IMG/VR virus record: IMGVR_UViG_3300037722_000708
Coordinates: 6,001 to 70,000 of that record
Source of the DNA: a virus
Lineage: Duplodnaviria > Caudoviricetes
Length of the DNA stretch: 64,000 nt
Strand: one strand, 5' to 3'
Positions 9,787-19,477 of the stretch are shown in pieces. The first letter of the stretch is position 1. Each line of letters starts with the position of its first letter. The notes beneath the pieces were generated by a model. That model had not been told where the DNA came from. It saw nothing but the letters and a program-made list of their open reading frames with translations, and made no database searches. The position numbers were made by a program, and so were the translations under genes.

Positions 9787-11013
9787 TTATGACGATGCTG
9801 CTAGAGTAGCTGCACGTCTTACTTGAGTTGCAAGCATTGGGTCAAGGACCTGCACACCATACAATGCATCAAGCGCAATGTTGTTCTTCGCAGTGTCACC
9901 ATCATACCACATACGAGCACGCACAGACAATCCTGTTACAGGATCAGTTACTGTAGTGATCTCGGCGCCTTTACCGTCTCCAGTCATCGGAAGCGGTGCA
10001 AATGCAAGAGCAAATGCATTGCGGTGGAACATAAGGTTACGAAGGTTGGCAGACTCTTCAATAGCATTCAAAGTTGCGAATGTTACCACAGTAGAGATAG
10101 CCGCCGTCTTGCGCAATGCTGGGTAGAAGGTAAGCGTAGCAGCCCCTGCTATCAGCGTGGCATCAGCAGTCAAGATGTACACTGTAGGATCACCTGTGAC
10201 TACGAAGGTGTCACCAATCTTGAGTGTCTCTGTACCTGTACCATTCTCAACTGCCATAGTTGCAACGTTTGCCAATACCTCTGCTGTCACACTAAATGCA
10301 GTATCGCCGCCAGCTGTGGACGCTGTTGCTGTGGACGTCATAGTGGGTCCAGAAACATCAGCATTCTGAGTTGCGAACACTTCTACTCCAAAACGTTCAC
10401 CAAGTGAGCCGTTCATAAGAGCTGCTGTGTTGTTACCCTCACCAGTGATACGTGCCTCATGGAAGATACCCATATCAAGGAAAGCAGCTTCAACACCGCT
10501 GTCCACAAGATAGTGCATCATGCCTTGAGTCATTGGCACTTCGTTATCCCGAAGAACTTTACGAGGGCCAGTGATCCAGCTGGATGAAGCTGTTCCAGAA
10601 ATGAAAGCTTTAGGACCTACGTATGCTCCAAGAGCATGTAGATCTTGGTCAATCTTATCTGCAAGAGCGTAAGCTGCTGGTGCAATGTGTTCGCTTACAA
10701 TGCGTTCAGATGAATATGCAATCTCTTGGTCATTAAGTCCGAATTTTACTTCTTTCCAGCTGTCCAGTGTGATCTGCACGTTTTGACCTGTTACATCTTG
10801 CGCTGTAGAACCCGTATTGGGTGTGTGGGTCTTCGCTACAAAATGAGAAGGTCTGCGAATGTTGATCGTATCGCCAAGCGCTCGACCAGTAGTGTTCCGT
10901 TCAATTTCTGCCCCGCGGTGAACTCGGCCAGCCATGCCTAATGCTTTAAACAGCTGGATAAGAGCCTCGTTAGCAAAAAAAGTCGGATTGTAGTTTCCAA
11001 GAATGTTAGCCAT
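9787..11013 (-). CDS. Major capsid protein (P22 coat-like, with insertion domain)
   Basis: GDTINIRRP, FHRNAFALAFAPL and LDALYGVQVLDP motifs; follows scaffold. Confidence 0.9.
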   Translation of the reverse strand: MANILGNYNPTFFANEALIQLFKALGMAGRVHRGAEIERNTTGRALGDTINIRRPSHFVAKTHTPNTGSTAQDVTGQNVQITLDSWKEVKFGLNDQEIAYSSERIVSEHIAPAAYALADKIDQDLHALGAYVGPKAFISGTASSSWITGPRKVLRDNEVPMTQGMMHYLVDSGVEAAFLDMGIFHEARITGEGNNTAALMNGSLGERFGVEVFATQNADVSGPTMTSTATASTAGGDTAFSVTAEVLANVATMAVENGTGTETLKIGDTFVVTGDPTVYILTADATLIAGAATLTFYPALRKTAAISTVVTFATLNAIEESANLRNLMFHRNAFALAFAPLPMTGDGKGAEITTVTDPVTGLSVRARMWYDGDTAKNNIALDALYGVQVLDPMLATQVRRAATLAASS

Positions 11014-11061
11014 TGTATTTCTCCATACTTTATTTTTGCGTTAAAAATGTACGGGAAGCGA

Positions 11062-11841
11062 TTAGCCTTCTACGATCTGAAGTGTTGTACCAGCTTTTTG
11101 TGCAGCTTCTTTTGCTGCTTGGTAGGTACGAGGGTTCTGAGCCTCTGTCTTCGTAATCGAGTAAGCCGATCCTTTTCCGCCTTGTCCGCCTCCAGCGCCA
11201 ATACCTGAAGAACCAGGATACCAATGAGGGGCTTTCTCTTTCATGTTATCAAGCCACTCTGCAACTGTTAGCGGGTCTTTTCCGCTTTTACCAATAATCA
11301 ATGCACCATTGCCATCACGAGCAACAAGGTTGTCTTTATCATCAAGAGTGAACGTTTGTTTAGCTCTGTAGATGACATCTTCAATGGCGGTTGGGACTAT
11401 TCCAAGTTTGGATGCTGCTTGTCGTACATTGCTGTCTACAATTAGCGTCTTTACTTTGGTATCCTTCTCTCCAAGGCCTGTTTCCAATTCTGATATTTTG
11501 CTCGTCGCTGCTTCAAGTTTTTTCTCGTAGTCGCTTTTAAGCGCTTCTACACGCTTCGAGATGACTTCGTCGATCTTTCCCTCAGCAATAAGCTTCGTAT
11601 CTTCGTCGTTTGCCATTTTGTCCAGCAAAGCAGTTACTTGCTTCTGGTCAAAACCAGACCATTGTTTTTCCATTTCAGTTAATTTTTCAGCAAGCGCTTT
11701 TTTCTCTGCAAGGATCTCGTTGTTCTTTGTAGAGAGGCCACCTGTTGCTGCTTTAACTGCCTCGTTAATCATTTCCTGAATTCTTGGATCCTTAGGATCG
11801 AGTTCAGCACCTTCGCCTCCAGCGTTGGATTCTCCTGGCAT
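11062..11841 (-). CDS. Capsid scaffolding protein
   Basis: Coiled coil with LIAEGKIDEV and EW...MKEKAPHWYP..SG.GA.G motifs; precedes MCP. Confidence 0.8.
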   Translation of the reverse strand: MPGESNAGGEGAELDPKDPRIQEMINEAVKAATGGLSTKNNEILAEKKALAEKLTEMEKQWSGFDQKQVTALLDKMANDEDTKLIAEGKIDEVISKRVEALKSDYEKKLEAATSKISELETGLGEKDTKVKTLIVDSNVRQAASKLGIVPTAIEDVIYRAKQTFTLDDKDNLVARDGNGALIIGKSGKDPLTVAEWLDNMKEKAPHWYPGSSGIGAGGGQGGKGSAYSITKTEAQNPRTYQAAKEAAQKAGTTLQIVEG

Positions 11842-11958
11842 ATTTAATGCTCCTATTTAGTAAAAGTTTCAGCTCTGCCTAGACTTAAGATGAGGCTCTA
11901 CCTATCGCAAGTCAATGAAATAATCCCACACTTCTTTGCATATTGCAACCACGACTTA

Positions 11959-12657
11959 TTACTTTTTGCATAATTTGTTAAAAGCCTGAGCCCATATTTT
12001 GCAAAGCTCTGATCTCACAATATCGTCGTAGGTAAACTCAAACAGCGCAGCCAGTGGGACGTGGCCCTCCTCGAACGCCTCAACACAAGCGGATAGACCG
12101 TTGTAGACATTCAAATCAGTTTGCTCGACATCCCCAGATATTATAACCTGCGTGTTCTGTCCTATGCGTGTCAGAATGGCTTTCATCTCAGTTGGCGTGG
12201 TGTTCTGGGCTTCGTCAATAATTAGTATTGTGTTATCGTATGTAAGACCCCGAATATGCTCGATGGGCGATATCTCTATTTTCTGCGAAGCTACAGCGGC
12301 TTCGTATTTTGTGACAGACATCTGTTGTTTAAACACATCAACTAAGGGCCTACACCAAGGCGCCATTTTTTGCTCCAAGGAACCCGGGATAAAACCTGCA
12401 CTATCCCCCACCCCTCTTAGCGGGCGCGTTAAAACTATTTTGTCCACTCGTCCTTTTGCTATCTGGTTGGCTGCGTATGAGCAGGCGAGATAAGTTTTCC
12501 CTGTACCGGCTGGTCCTACAACAATAAGGCAATCCTCGTCCTCCAGCATCTCGAGGAACTCCGCTTGTGCTTCGTTTAAGGGTCGTAAGTTAACTTCTTT
12601 AAAAGATGTCTTGTGTTTGTCTTGTCTTTGTTTTCTTTTTGATTGTTTTTTTGCCAT
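11959..12657 (-). CDS. phoH: PhoH-like ATPase
   Basis: GPAGTGKT Walker A, RGLTYDN..LIIDEAQN, GD..Q.DL, DDIVRS. Confidence 0.95.
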   Translation of the reverse strand: MAKKQSKRKQRQDKHKTSFKEVNLRPLNEAQAEFLEMLEDEDCLIVVGPAGTGKTYLACSYAANQIAKGRVDKIVLTRPLRGVGDSAGFIPGSLEQKMAPWCRPLVDVFKQQMSVTKYEAAVASQKIEISPIEHIRGLTYDNTILIIDEAQNTTPTEMKAILTRIGQNTQVIISGDVEQTDLNVYNGLSACVEAFEEGHVPLAALFEFTYDDIVRSELCKIWAQAFNKLCKK

Positions 12658-12660
12658 GAT

Positions 12661-13713
12661 TTATCCAAATGCTTGTTTGTACGCTTCGGGCATCTTCGCC
12701 TTCAATTGGTCTAAGGTGTAAAGCCTGCCTGCGTCGTTGTGAAAAGATTCAAGAGTCACGCCGCCCTTTCTCCAAAGATCGTAACGTCGCACGCCAAGAA
12801 CCTCACTCTGGAAAGAAGCGCTCTGCGTTTTAAACCACTGGTAATATGTTAAGTCGGAGGGTACTTGCCCGTCCATGGATGCACGTGTTCCGGCTGGCAT
12901 ATCGTCAATATCAAAACCAAGCTCTCGCCAAGACTTCGTCACAGCCACTGTGGTTGACCGGCAGCTTGGATGAGCCGGCGGACGCGGGCCTACTCCAACT
13001 GGGTAAAGTTTACCATCCCTAAAACGGCATATCTCGGACGTACGCCCATCGAGTGTGGACACCCAGCGCACGCTGCTTATTAAATCTGAGTTTTCTTCCC
13101 ACACAGCTTGCCTTGCCATAGATGCCGCATGATTTATAAACGTACGAGCTAACATCTCAGCCCCTCGCCTTGTTACCTCGCGCACACCATCTTTGTATTT
13201 TAAACTACCGGACCCCACAACCTCACGTATAATCTCGTCGGTCGCCGACCCCTCTATTAAGCCAGATTGGATAGCGCGGTATGTTCGCGACAGATCATCC
13301 GCCTCCAGCTTAGCCAACCACTCATCCAATGTTGCCCCCTTCATAGGGCGGGCAAGGGTAGTTGTTATAAAAGCAAGGTTGGGGGTAACAATATCAATAG
13401 CAACGGGTATCGCCTTACGCAGTGCAGTGCTCTCCACGTCTGAGGAGAATTCTGCTGTCTCAGTAGACGCCTTTTTCATATAAACAGAAAGGTCTGCGTG
13501 AGCCACTTGCAAAATCTCTCTTATCTTTTTATGTAGAGCCTTTGCCCGCGCTGCGCTGTGATTTGTTGTGGGTAAGTCGATTATTGCACTTGCAAGTTTC
13601 TTGTCGATAGAGCGCAGTATTGCCCGTGCCTCTTTTGCATGTGTGTTTGAAAGCCGCACCAAGCGTATTTGCTGCGCTATCTGAAAGGATAATAGGTCGT
13701 CATTTACACTCAT
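12661..13713 (-). CDS. Minor head protein (SPP1 gp7/Mu F family)
   Basis: WVSTLDGRTSEICR..DG and PPAHPSCRST motifs. Confidence 0.9.
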   Translation of the reverse strand: MSVNDDLLSFQIAQQIRLVRLSNTHAKEARAILRSIDKKLASAIIDLPTTNHSAARAKALHKKIREILQVAHADLSVYMKKASTETAEFSSDVESTALRKAIPVAIDIVTPNLAFITTTLARPMKGATLDEWLAKLEADDLSRTYRAIQSGLIEGSATDEIIREVVGSGSLKYKDGVREVTRRGAEMLARTFINHAASMARQAVWEENSDLISSVRWVSTLDGRTSEICRFRDGKLYPVGVGPRPPAHPSCRSTTVAVTKSWRELGFDIDDMPAGTRASMDGQVPSDLTYYQWFKTQSASFQSEVLGVRRYDLWRKGGVTLESFHNDAGRLYTLDQLKAKMPEAYKQAFG

Positions 13714-15131
13714 GTCTCAACTTCTGGTACTATGTCAACTGATTCTCCTCCAAGGCCCGTATCCGTGTCTGCTTGAGCCTCAAACTCGCCTTCGTCATCA
13801 ATTTTATCTTTTTCCTCTTGCGCTGTACGCGACATCGACATGACCTCGCCCTCTTGCAAGTTGCTATGTAGTGTATCACGCGAAATAGCACCCGTCTGCC
13901 AAGATTTCACAAGAGCCATAAGCATATTAGCATCAATTTTCGCGTCAACAAAGTCTTTGTTTAGCTTGATAACAATATCAGACGTAACACCCATCCACTC
14001 AGCTGCCCACTCCGCAAGCCGAGTTATGCCCATCTCAACCGTCTGCAGTGTATCCATTACAAGGGACGTCTCACCACGTGCGCGTAGCCTTGCCGTCTCT
14101 GCCTTCTCTTGCACTCGAGTTGTGTCTTTAATCATACGCGCGCCAAGGGTTGCCATACGGTCTTCTTTATCTTGCATAGCCAGACGTTGCGCCTCGATAC
14201 CTTTCCCTGAGAACTCCAGCATACCCGCCTTGGAATCCTCTGGCAAATACCAGATAGTACCGGCGCCGATTGCTGTCGGTTTTGATTTGGAGTCCAGTGT
14301 GCCCGCTATCCATGGGGTAGGTTGAGCTGTCAAATACAAAGCGTGCTCGTAGTCGGCTGAGTTGCGATAATGCGCCAAGTTCATATTACATAAGTCTATG
14401 AAAGGTGGCTTTGTAGGCTCAGGCCTGTGGTCATAAGGATTAAAGAACACAAAAGGAATGTAAGTTAAAGCTTTACCATTGACCAAAGGAATTTGTGCCA
14501 CGCCATCGCGAATGGCTACGGGTTTCTTATCCTCATCCAAGCCCATAACCCATCGTTGCACCGTATATTGACCATCAACAAGCGTAAGCTCTAACCATTG
14601 CTCTTTTTCAACCATATAGTCGCCCATGACAGTTTCACGAAGAACAAGTTTAGTCAAAACCTTTTTGCCACCTATAAACTCCTCGCGCCAATCTGTGATA
14701 TTGGTGGCTGAGTATGTAACTAAATGCGGAATAGTGCCAACCTGCACAACAGAATTTGGATAATCGAGCAGCACGCCGTAGCGCCCCATAGACAGGACTT
14801 CGCGTGCAACTTCCTCAATAAACATTTGTAAAGGCATACACTCGTTGGTCGCAGATTTCTCCCAAGGCTCAAGGGCTGAGGGCAATATTATGACTGGATC
14901 GTTGCGAAAAATCATACCGGTCATACCGCGGAGAGTCCGCTCGGCGACAGAATAGAATGACGCCCGCGTGGTGTAGGCATCGTAGGCGGCGGGTTGCATG
15001 CCGGAGGGCTTTGGGAGATACCGAGTGCCTTGCTCTTTTATTGTGTCCTCGCCATCAAGGCAGTGCCCCACTTTGTCCCATTGATCCATGAAACGTGCGT
15101 AATACCTGTGCTGTGTTGTAATATCACTCAT
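13710..15131 (-). CDS. Portal protein (DUF4055 type)
   Basis: YLPKPSG..AYDAY..RASFY and NLAHYRNSADYEHAL..TAQP motifs; between TerL and head genes. Confidence 0.9.
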   Translation of the reverse strand: MSDITTQHRYYARFMDQWDKVGHCLDGEDTIKEQGTRYLPKPSGMQPAAYDAYTTRASFYSVAERTLRGMTGMIFRNDPVIILPSALEPWEKSATNECMPLQMFIEEVAREVLSMGRYGVLLDYPNSVVQVGTIPHLVTYSATNITDWREEFIGGKKVLTKLVLRETVMGDYMVEKEQWLELTLVDGQYTVQRWVMGLDEDKKPVAIRDGVAQIPLVNGKALTYIPFVFFNPYDHRPEPTKPPFIDLCNMNLAHYRNSADYEHALYLTAQPTPWIAGTLDSKSKPTAIGAGTIWYLPEDSKAGMLEFSGKGIEAQRLAMQDKEDRMATLGARMIKDTTRVQEKAETARLRARGETSLVMDTLQTVEMGITRLAEWAAEWMGVTSDIVIKLNKDFVDAKIDANMLMALVKSWQTGAISRDTLHSNLQEGEVMSMSRTAQEEKDKIDDEGEFEAQADTDTGLGGESVDIVPEVET

Positions 15132-15179
15132 GCTAGTACCTCATTTGCAGTGTAATGCAAGATCTTTTATTGTTCAAGG
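15131..15179 (-). promoter_or_regulatory. Putative sigma70 promoter for the portal/head operon
   Basis: Minus strand TTGAAC-17 nt-TACACT upstream of the portal ATG. Confidence 0.45.
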
Positions 15180-15180
15180 C

Positions 15181-18100
15181 TTAATAAGCCCCCGCCAAGA
15201 AACCAACCCCAGTTATGCCTTTGCCTACCTGCAATTCTGTAAGACCCCAAACCATGGCATCTAAACGGTCTGGTGACTCCTCGCCCGACAGTGCCTCCCA
15301 TACGCACAACTGATCTTCTAGCACCGGGAGCGAGCCGACTATGTGAGACCGCCCCTGCTCAAACAAAGCCGCCACCGGCTCGGCGCGGGCAATTTTACCT
15401 CTCGAGGCATAGACAATTTTCACAGCAACAGAGCTGTCCTCCGTTTGAATAGTGTGACGAACCATTTCACCACCTTGGTTCCCCTCAGCTATTACTCGAT
15501 CTGCCCCGTATACATTATACGCCATAACAGCTTTCTTTGCCCATTCGCCTGGCGTATAGACACCTGAATAATCAGCCAAGACATAACCATGTTTCTCGTA
15601 GTCAATAGCACAGACAATAATTCCACATTCGTTGGATTCCCCTGTAGTCGACGAGGTGGCTGGGTCAACTGCAACCACGATACGAAGCGCTTGATTGCGC
15701 CAATCGAACTCCCTGATCCGAGTTGCATCAAGAACCTCCCGCGACCAAAGCGCGCCCTCTGCCTCTTCAAGGACAACCCCCATGAGCTCTTGCTCACCAA
15801 GACGCGTGCCCTCATATTTGGTAATAACTGTTGTAAAAAAGTTTTCGGCAAGGTTGGCTCTATTGTCATAAGTTGAACCCCGCGTTACTTTACAGTTGGG
15901 GTCTTTCATGAGCTCTAAGATGAGCTTCTTCGGTTTCGGAGTAGTTGAAATAAAAGCTTGTGGATTAACCCCAAGGCGTAAACCAAACATAGCCAAATCC
16001 CAGGTCTCGGGACGACGCCATGAGGCTAATTCATCGCAGTTGTGGACAAGGATAGAGTTAGCAAAATACTCAGGCGTCTCCGCTACCTTCAAGCAATACA
16101 CGTCTTGTTCCCCCGTTGGTTGCCATGTTGACGCAATGCTGATTGCAGTGTGGCTCCCAAGTGACAGTACGCGATGGCAACTCAATTCTCCTAAATTAAC
16201 CCATCCTTCGTTAGTATATATGGGGTGCTCGTACGTTCCAACCAGAACAGCCCCGTTACTAAAGGTGACTTTACCTACAGCCGCTTTACGCTTACTGTTT
16301 GCGAGTATCGGCTTGGGGCCATCTCGTGTTACTACAAGATCACCTGGTTTCAGAGATTGAATGCACACCTCACCTGCGGGCGTGCTAACTTTCGTACCCT
16401 TTATAAAGCACCAAATATAGTCATGCTGAGGGCCGCGCAGGCGTTCCGGCTCGTCTGCTGAGTACAGGGTTGCAATAGCGCCATTCTCCCACGTCAGGCG
16501 CCTCTTTGACGGTTCGTAGGTCGGTTTACCTATGTACACTCCATCATCCGTCTTGTCCCCTGACCAACACACAGCTAAAATACCTGAGTTGTGTGTTATT
16601 AAGTAATCTCGTGTCACTAAAAAAGAACCATCCTTATTTCCAACCTGGATACACTGCGTTGGAACAGACTCGCAAGGTTCAATTGACTCTATCAAGCGTG
16701 TTCTCTTCCTATTTGAACTTGTTACACGCTCAAGTTTTCTCTTAAGCCTGCAACAATCCAAACCACTGGGTGGTTTTGCAAAAATAACCTCGTAGCAAAC
16801 TTTATGGCAAGGATTCTGTGGTGGAAGAGCTTGTATACTACCCGCTCTAAATCCCAAACTTTGCGCAAGCTCTCTAAAACCTGCAATTAGAAGGGGGTTC
16901 GTATTACTGAAGTAGCAGGTCCCACCTGAAAGAACTCCTCCGTCGCTATCCATCAAACCTTGAAGAAGACATAATCGTTGCTCGATTGAACCTTGCAAAT
17001 AGGCTTCTGGTATATACTTATTTTTAAGAAAACCATTCTTCCTGAGTAATGTTATAAGCCCCTCAACTTCTCCTTTGTAACGATCAACTTTGAAACCCTC
17101 AGCTTTAATATGCTCTATTATCTCAGAATCTCTAGGGTCTATTGAAATCTCTCCGCTATCACTTGTACCATCCCCCAACCATACACCAAGTACGTAAGGC
17201 GGAATAGGGAGTTCTTTTTCTTCAAAGGCTACAGGTGCACATAACTCTACTGCATGGTTTTTTAAGTCCCCTCTATCGTGCTCAAATAATGACTTCATTA
17301 TTTGAGTAGTATCTTTGATAGAAGGCGCCCATTTTCCATCACGACGTTCCTTCCTACTCAAGGTTATCCATTTATGATTAAGACTTGCAATTATAGGCTC
17401 TACTTTGGCAACTTGGACACGAGCACAAGGAACATTAAAAATAGGCGATTTAGCAATAACAGGCGTGGGTCTACCATCAGCTCCAAAGACAATATCTCCT
17501 TCTTTTAAAGTTTCTATTGTCTTAAAACCATGGGTCGTTGCAACTTCAGTATCAAGGGCAAGCGCCTCACCTTCAACCATCACATCGCGCGCATCGGAGG
17601 CCGTTGGCGCAATAAGGCCCAAACGCTTGCAGCCTGTCTTAACTTTTAAACGCGCTGTTTCCGCCCCCGTTCGAGTGTTATGGGTGGGTATCAATTGCCT
17701 TCCTGCAAGATAAAGGTTAGACGGAGAGGCAACTGTTATACAGCGGACAGGAACAGACGGAACCTCCTCAACTGCCACAATATAACGTCTACGACTTATT
17801 TTAGCTCGTTCTACTTTTCTTGACAGCTTGGCTAGTACAAAAGGCGACCTAAAACGCACTGTATAAACGTCTTTAGTATATCGTCTCTCACCAGCCACTT
17901 TGTAATACCCTGGAAGCTTCTTGATTGTCGCCTTTAAACCTAATCCCAGCGCAAGATCAAATATTTTTTCAGCTAGCTTGGGTTTGACACTTGTTATCTC
18001 GTACTCGCCTCTTTCGCTAACAAAGCCATCTGTGTCGACTAAACCTTGCATCAAAGCTTTTCGTTGTTCCGTAGACCCTCGTAAATACTGCTCAGGTATA

Positions 18101-18906
18101 TGCTTGTCGTTCAAAACTCCAAGCGTTTTCAAATCTGCGTGTAGGGAACCTGAAGAAACAAAGCAACCATTAGTATTGCTCGGCGGCACATGGTTTTTGT
18201 ACTTCATTCCATACATGTTAGCGCGTCCAGTGCTTTTAGATGACTGTATGTGTTTGTTGCACACTACGCCACGTTTTTTAAGCTCTTGCAGAATACCTGC
18301 ATCCATAGTTGTTATAACAGCAGATCCTGTACTCCCGTCGCCGAGCCACACGCCTAAAACGTAGGGATCGACGAGCAACTCCTGTTCTTTGTAGCTAAGT
18401 GGCTCACATACAGGTATAGAATTCCGTCTCTCGCCCACACATGTGAGCGTTTTTCTTATTTCCTCGGTTGTTACAGTACGAAACTTAGCTCCACCGCTAT
18501 AAGTTGTGCGAACTGTCCACAAGTGCTCAGCGTCGGCTGTTATTTTGGCACCATCTGAGAAACAAACTTCGTAACATTTCCTACCATATAGAACGGGGTG
18601 AACTTGAAGAATGGCCGTCTCGTTGCCTTGCTCGTCAAAAACGATGTTGTCAGTTGTCAGTGTGCCCATGGTTGTCCAGCCGTCCGAGGTCAAGATGGGC
18701 GTATCAAGAGCCAAAGCTTTCCCGGCCCCGCGTCCCGCAAGGTAGAGCCAGTGTGTCCATGTACCACTTGGGAGTGTCTGCTCGGGGCGCGCTAAAAATG
18801 ACCAGTCGTGCAGATAGCCATCAGCTTCGAGGGGGGAAAGGGATGCCCACCAAGCCGCCTGCATATCTTTGGGTAGTGTTCTTGCTTGCTCAATTGTGAT
18901 TCTCAT
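15181..18906 (-). CDS. terL: Terminase large subunit interrupted by three inteins (about 444 aa spliced)
   Basis: After removing inteins: GRGAGK|T Walker A, LRGPQHDYIW|CDELASW Walker B, VVAVDPA and SPDRLDAMVW nuclease motifs. Confidence 0.93.
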   Translation of the reverse strand: MRITIEQARTLPKDMQAAWWASLSPLEADGYLHDWSFLARPEQTLPSGTWTHWLYLAGRGAGKALALDTPILTSDGWTTMGTLTTDNIVFDEQGNETAILQVHPVLYGRKCYEVCFSDGAKITADAEHLWTVRTTYSGGAKFRTVTTEEIRKTLTCVGERRNSIPVCEPLSYKEQELLVDPYVLGVWLGDGSTGSAVITTMDAGILQELKKRGVVCNKHIQSSKSTGRANMYGMKYKNHVPPSNTNGCFVSSGSLHADLKTLGVLNDKHIPEQYLRGSTEQRKALMQGLVDTDGFVSERGEYEITSVKPKLAEKIFDLALGLGLKATIKKLPGYYKVAGERRYTKDVYTVRFRSPFVLAKLSRKVERAKISRRRYIVAVEEVPSVPVRCITVASPSNLYLAGRQLIPTHNTRTGAETARLKVKTGCKRLGLIAPTASDARDVMVEGEALALDTEVATTHGFKTIETLKEGDIVFGADGRPTPVIAKSPIFNVPCARVQVAKVEPIIASLNHKWITLSRKERRDGKWAPSIKDTTQIMKSLFEHDRGDLKNHAVELCAPVAFEEKELPIPPYVLGVWLGDGTSDSGEISIDPRDSEIIEHIKAEGFKVDRYKGEVEGLITLLRKNGFLKNKYIPEAYLQGSIEQRLCLLQGLMDSDGGVLSGGTCYFSNTNPLLIAGFRELAQSLGFRAGSIQALPPQNPCHKVCYEVIFAKPPSGLDCCRLKRKLERVTSSNRKRTRLIESIEPCESVPTQCIQVGNKDGSFLVTRDYLITHNSGILAVCWSGDKTDDGVYIGKPTYEPSKRRLTWENGAIATLYSADEPERLRGPQHDYIWCFIKGTKVSTPAGEVCIQSLKPGDLVVTRDGPKPILANSKRKAAVGKVTFSNGAVLVGTYEHPIYTNEGWVNLGELSCHRVLSLGSHTAISIASTWQPTGEQDVYCLKVAETPEYFANSILVHNCDELASWRRPETWDLAMFGLRLGVNPQAFISTTPKPKKLILELMKDPNCKVTRGSTYDNRANLAENFFTTVITKYEGTRLGEQELMGVVLEEAEGALWSREVLDATRIREFDWRNQALRIVVAVDPATSSTTGESNECGIIVCAIDYEKHGYVLADYSGVYTPGEWAKKAVMAYNVYGADRVIAEGNQGGEMVRHTIQTEDSSVAVKIVYASRGKIARAEPVAALFEQGRSHIVGSLPVLEDQLCVWEALSGEESPDRLDAMVWGLTELQVGKGITGVGFLAGAY
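16039..16410 (-). mobile_element. Mini-intein 3 in TerL (124 aa, no endonuclease)
   Basis: Starts CFIKGT, block B TYEHPIY, ends VHN before +1 Cys. Confidence 0.9.
16588..17565 (-). mobile_element. Intein 2 in TerL (326 aa, class-3-like, LAGLIDADG endonuclease)
   Basis: Starts ALALDT; NHKW, QCIQV and THN|S; LGVWLGDG and GLMDSDG motifs. Confidence 0.9.
17677..18717 (-). mobile_element. Intein 1 in TerL P-loop (347 aa, class-3-like, LAGLIDADG endonuclease)
   Basis: Starts ALALDT; EHLW, RCITV and PTHN|T; LGVWLGDG and GLVDTDG motifs. Confidence 0.9.
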
Positions 18907-18948
18907 GCAAGAGAGTATAAGGCAGTTTTAAACAAAATAAAAGAGTGC

Positions 18949-19164
18949 TCATTCATCCTCAAGCTTGGATAAAAGTTCAGTGGCCGCGTCATGCACAGCA
19001 ACCACCTCCTCCAAAGGTGTAGAGTAGCTCTCATGCATAGCTTGTCTGAACTTTATTATAGCATGCTCTGTGTGCAGTGCCCGCCCTATTTCGCAGCTAC
19101 AGTGAGTTAGAGCACCTGGGTCTGAAATATAAGTTCCTGTATCTTTGCATCTTTCACACGCCAT
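18949..19164 (-). CDS. Small Zn-binding hypothetical protein
   Basis: CERCKDTG...HCSC motif. Confidence 0.65.
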   Translation of the reverse strand: MACERCKDTGTYISDPGALTHCSCEIGRALHTEHAIIKFRQAMHESYSTPLEEVVAVHDAATELLSKLEDE

Positions 19165-19372
19165 CTGTCTGCCTTTTAACATAATTGTAAGCTTCTTGTA
19201 CTTGTCTATCACTCGCTTTGTCGAGCGCTTGCAGCAACGTCTCATCTTCGTACGCATGCAGCTTTGAGCGGAGAACCACTTTATCGACAGCTGAGAGCTT
19301 GGCCGCTTTTATAAAGTCAATCAAGTTTTTCAAAGACAACAGTCTCCCCGTGTTTAACTTGGAAAGGGCCAT
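19154..19372 (-). CDS. Hypothetical protein
   Basis: 72 aa ORF tightly packed in the minus-strand run. Confidence 0.6.
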   Translation of the reverse strand: MALSKLNTGRLLSLKNLIDFIKAAKLSAVDKVVLRSKLHAYEDETLLQALDKASDRQVQEAYNYVKRQTDGV

Positions 19373-19477
19373 ACTTTTCGAAGAGCTCCCGCTGCCTCTG
19401 AGGCCTATTCACAATCAAGTCGCCCGGCTCTGTCCATATCGGCTAATTGGCAAATAGGAATATGTGTAATGTTTTCA

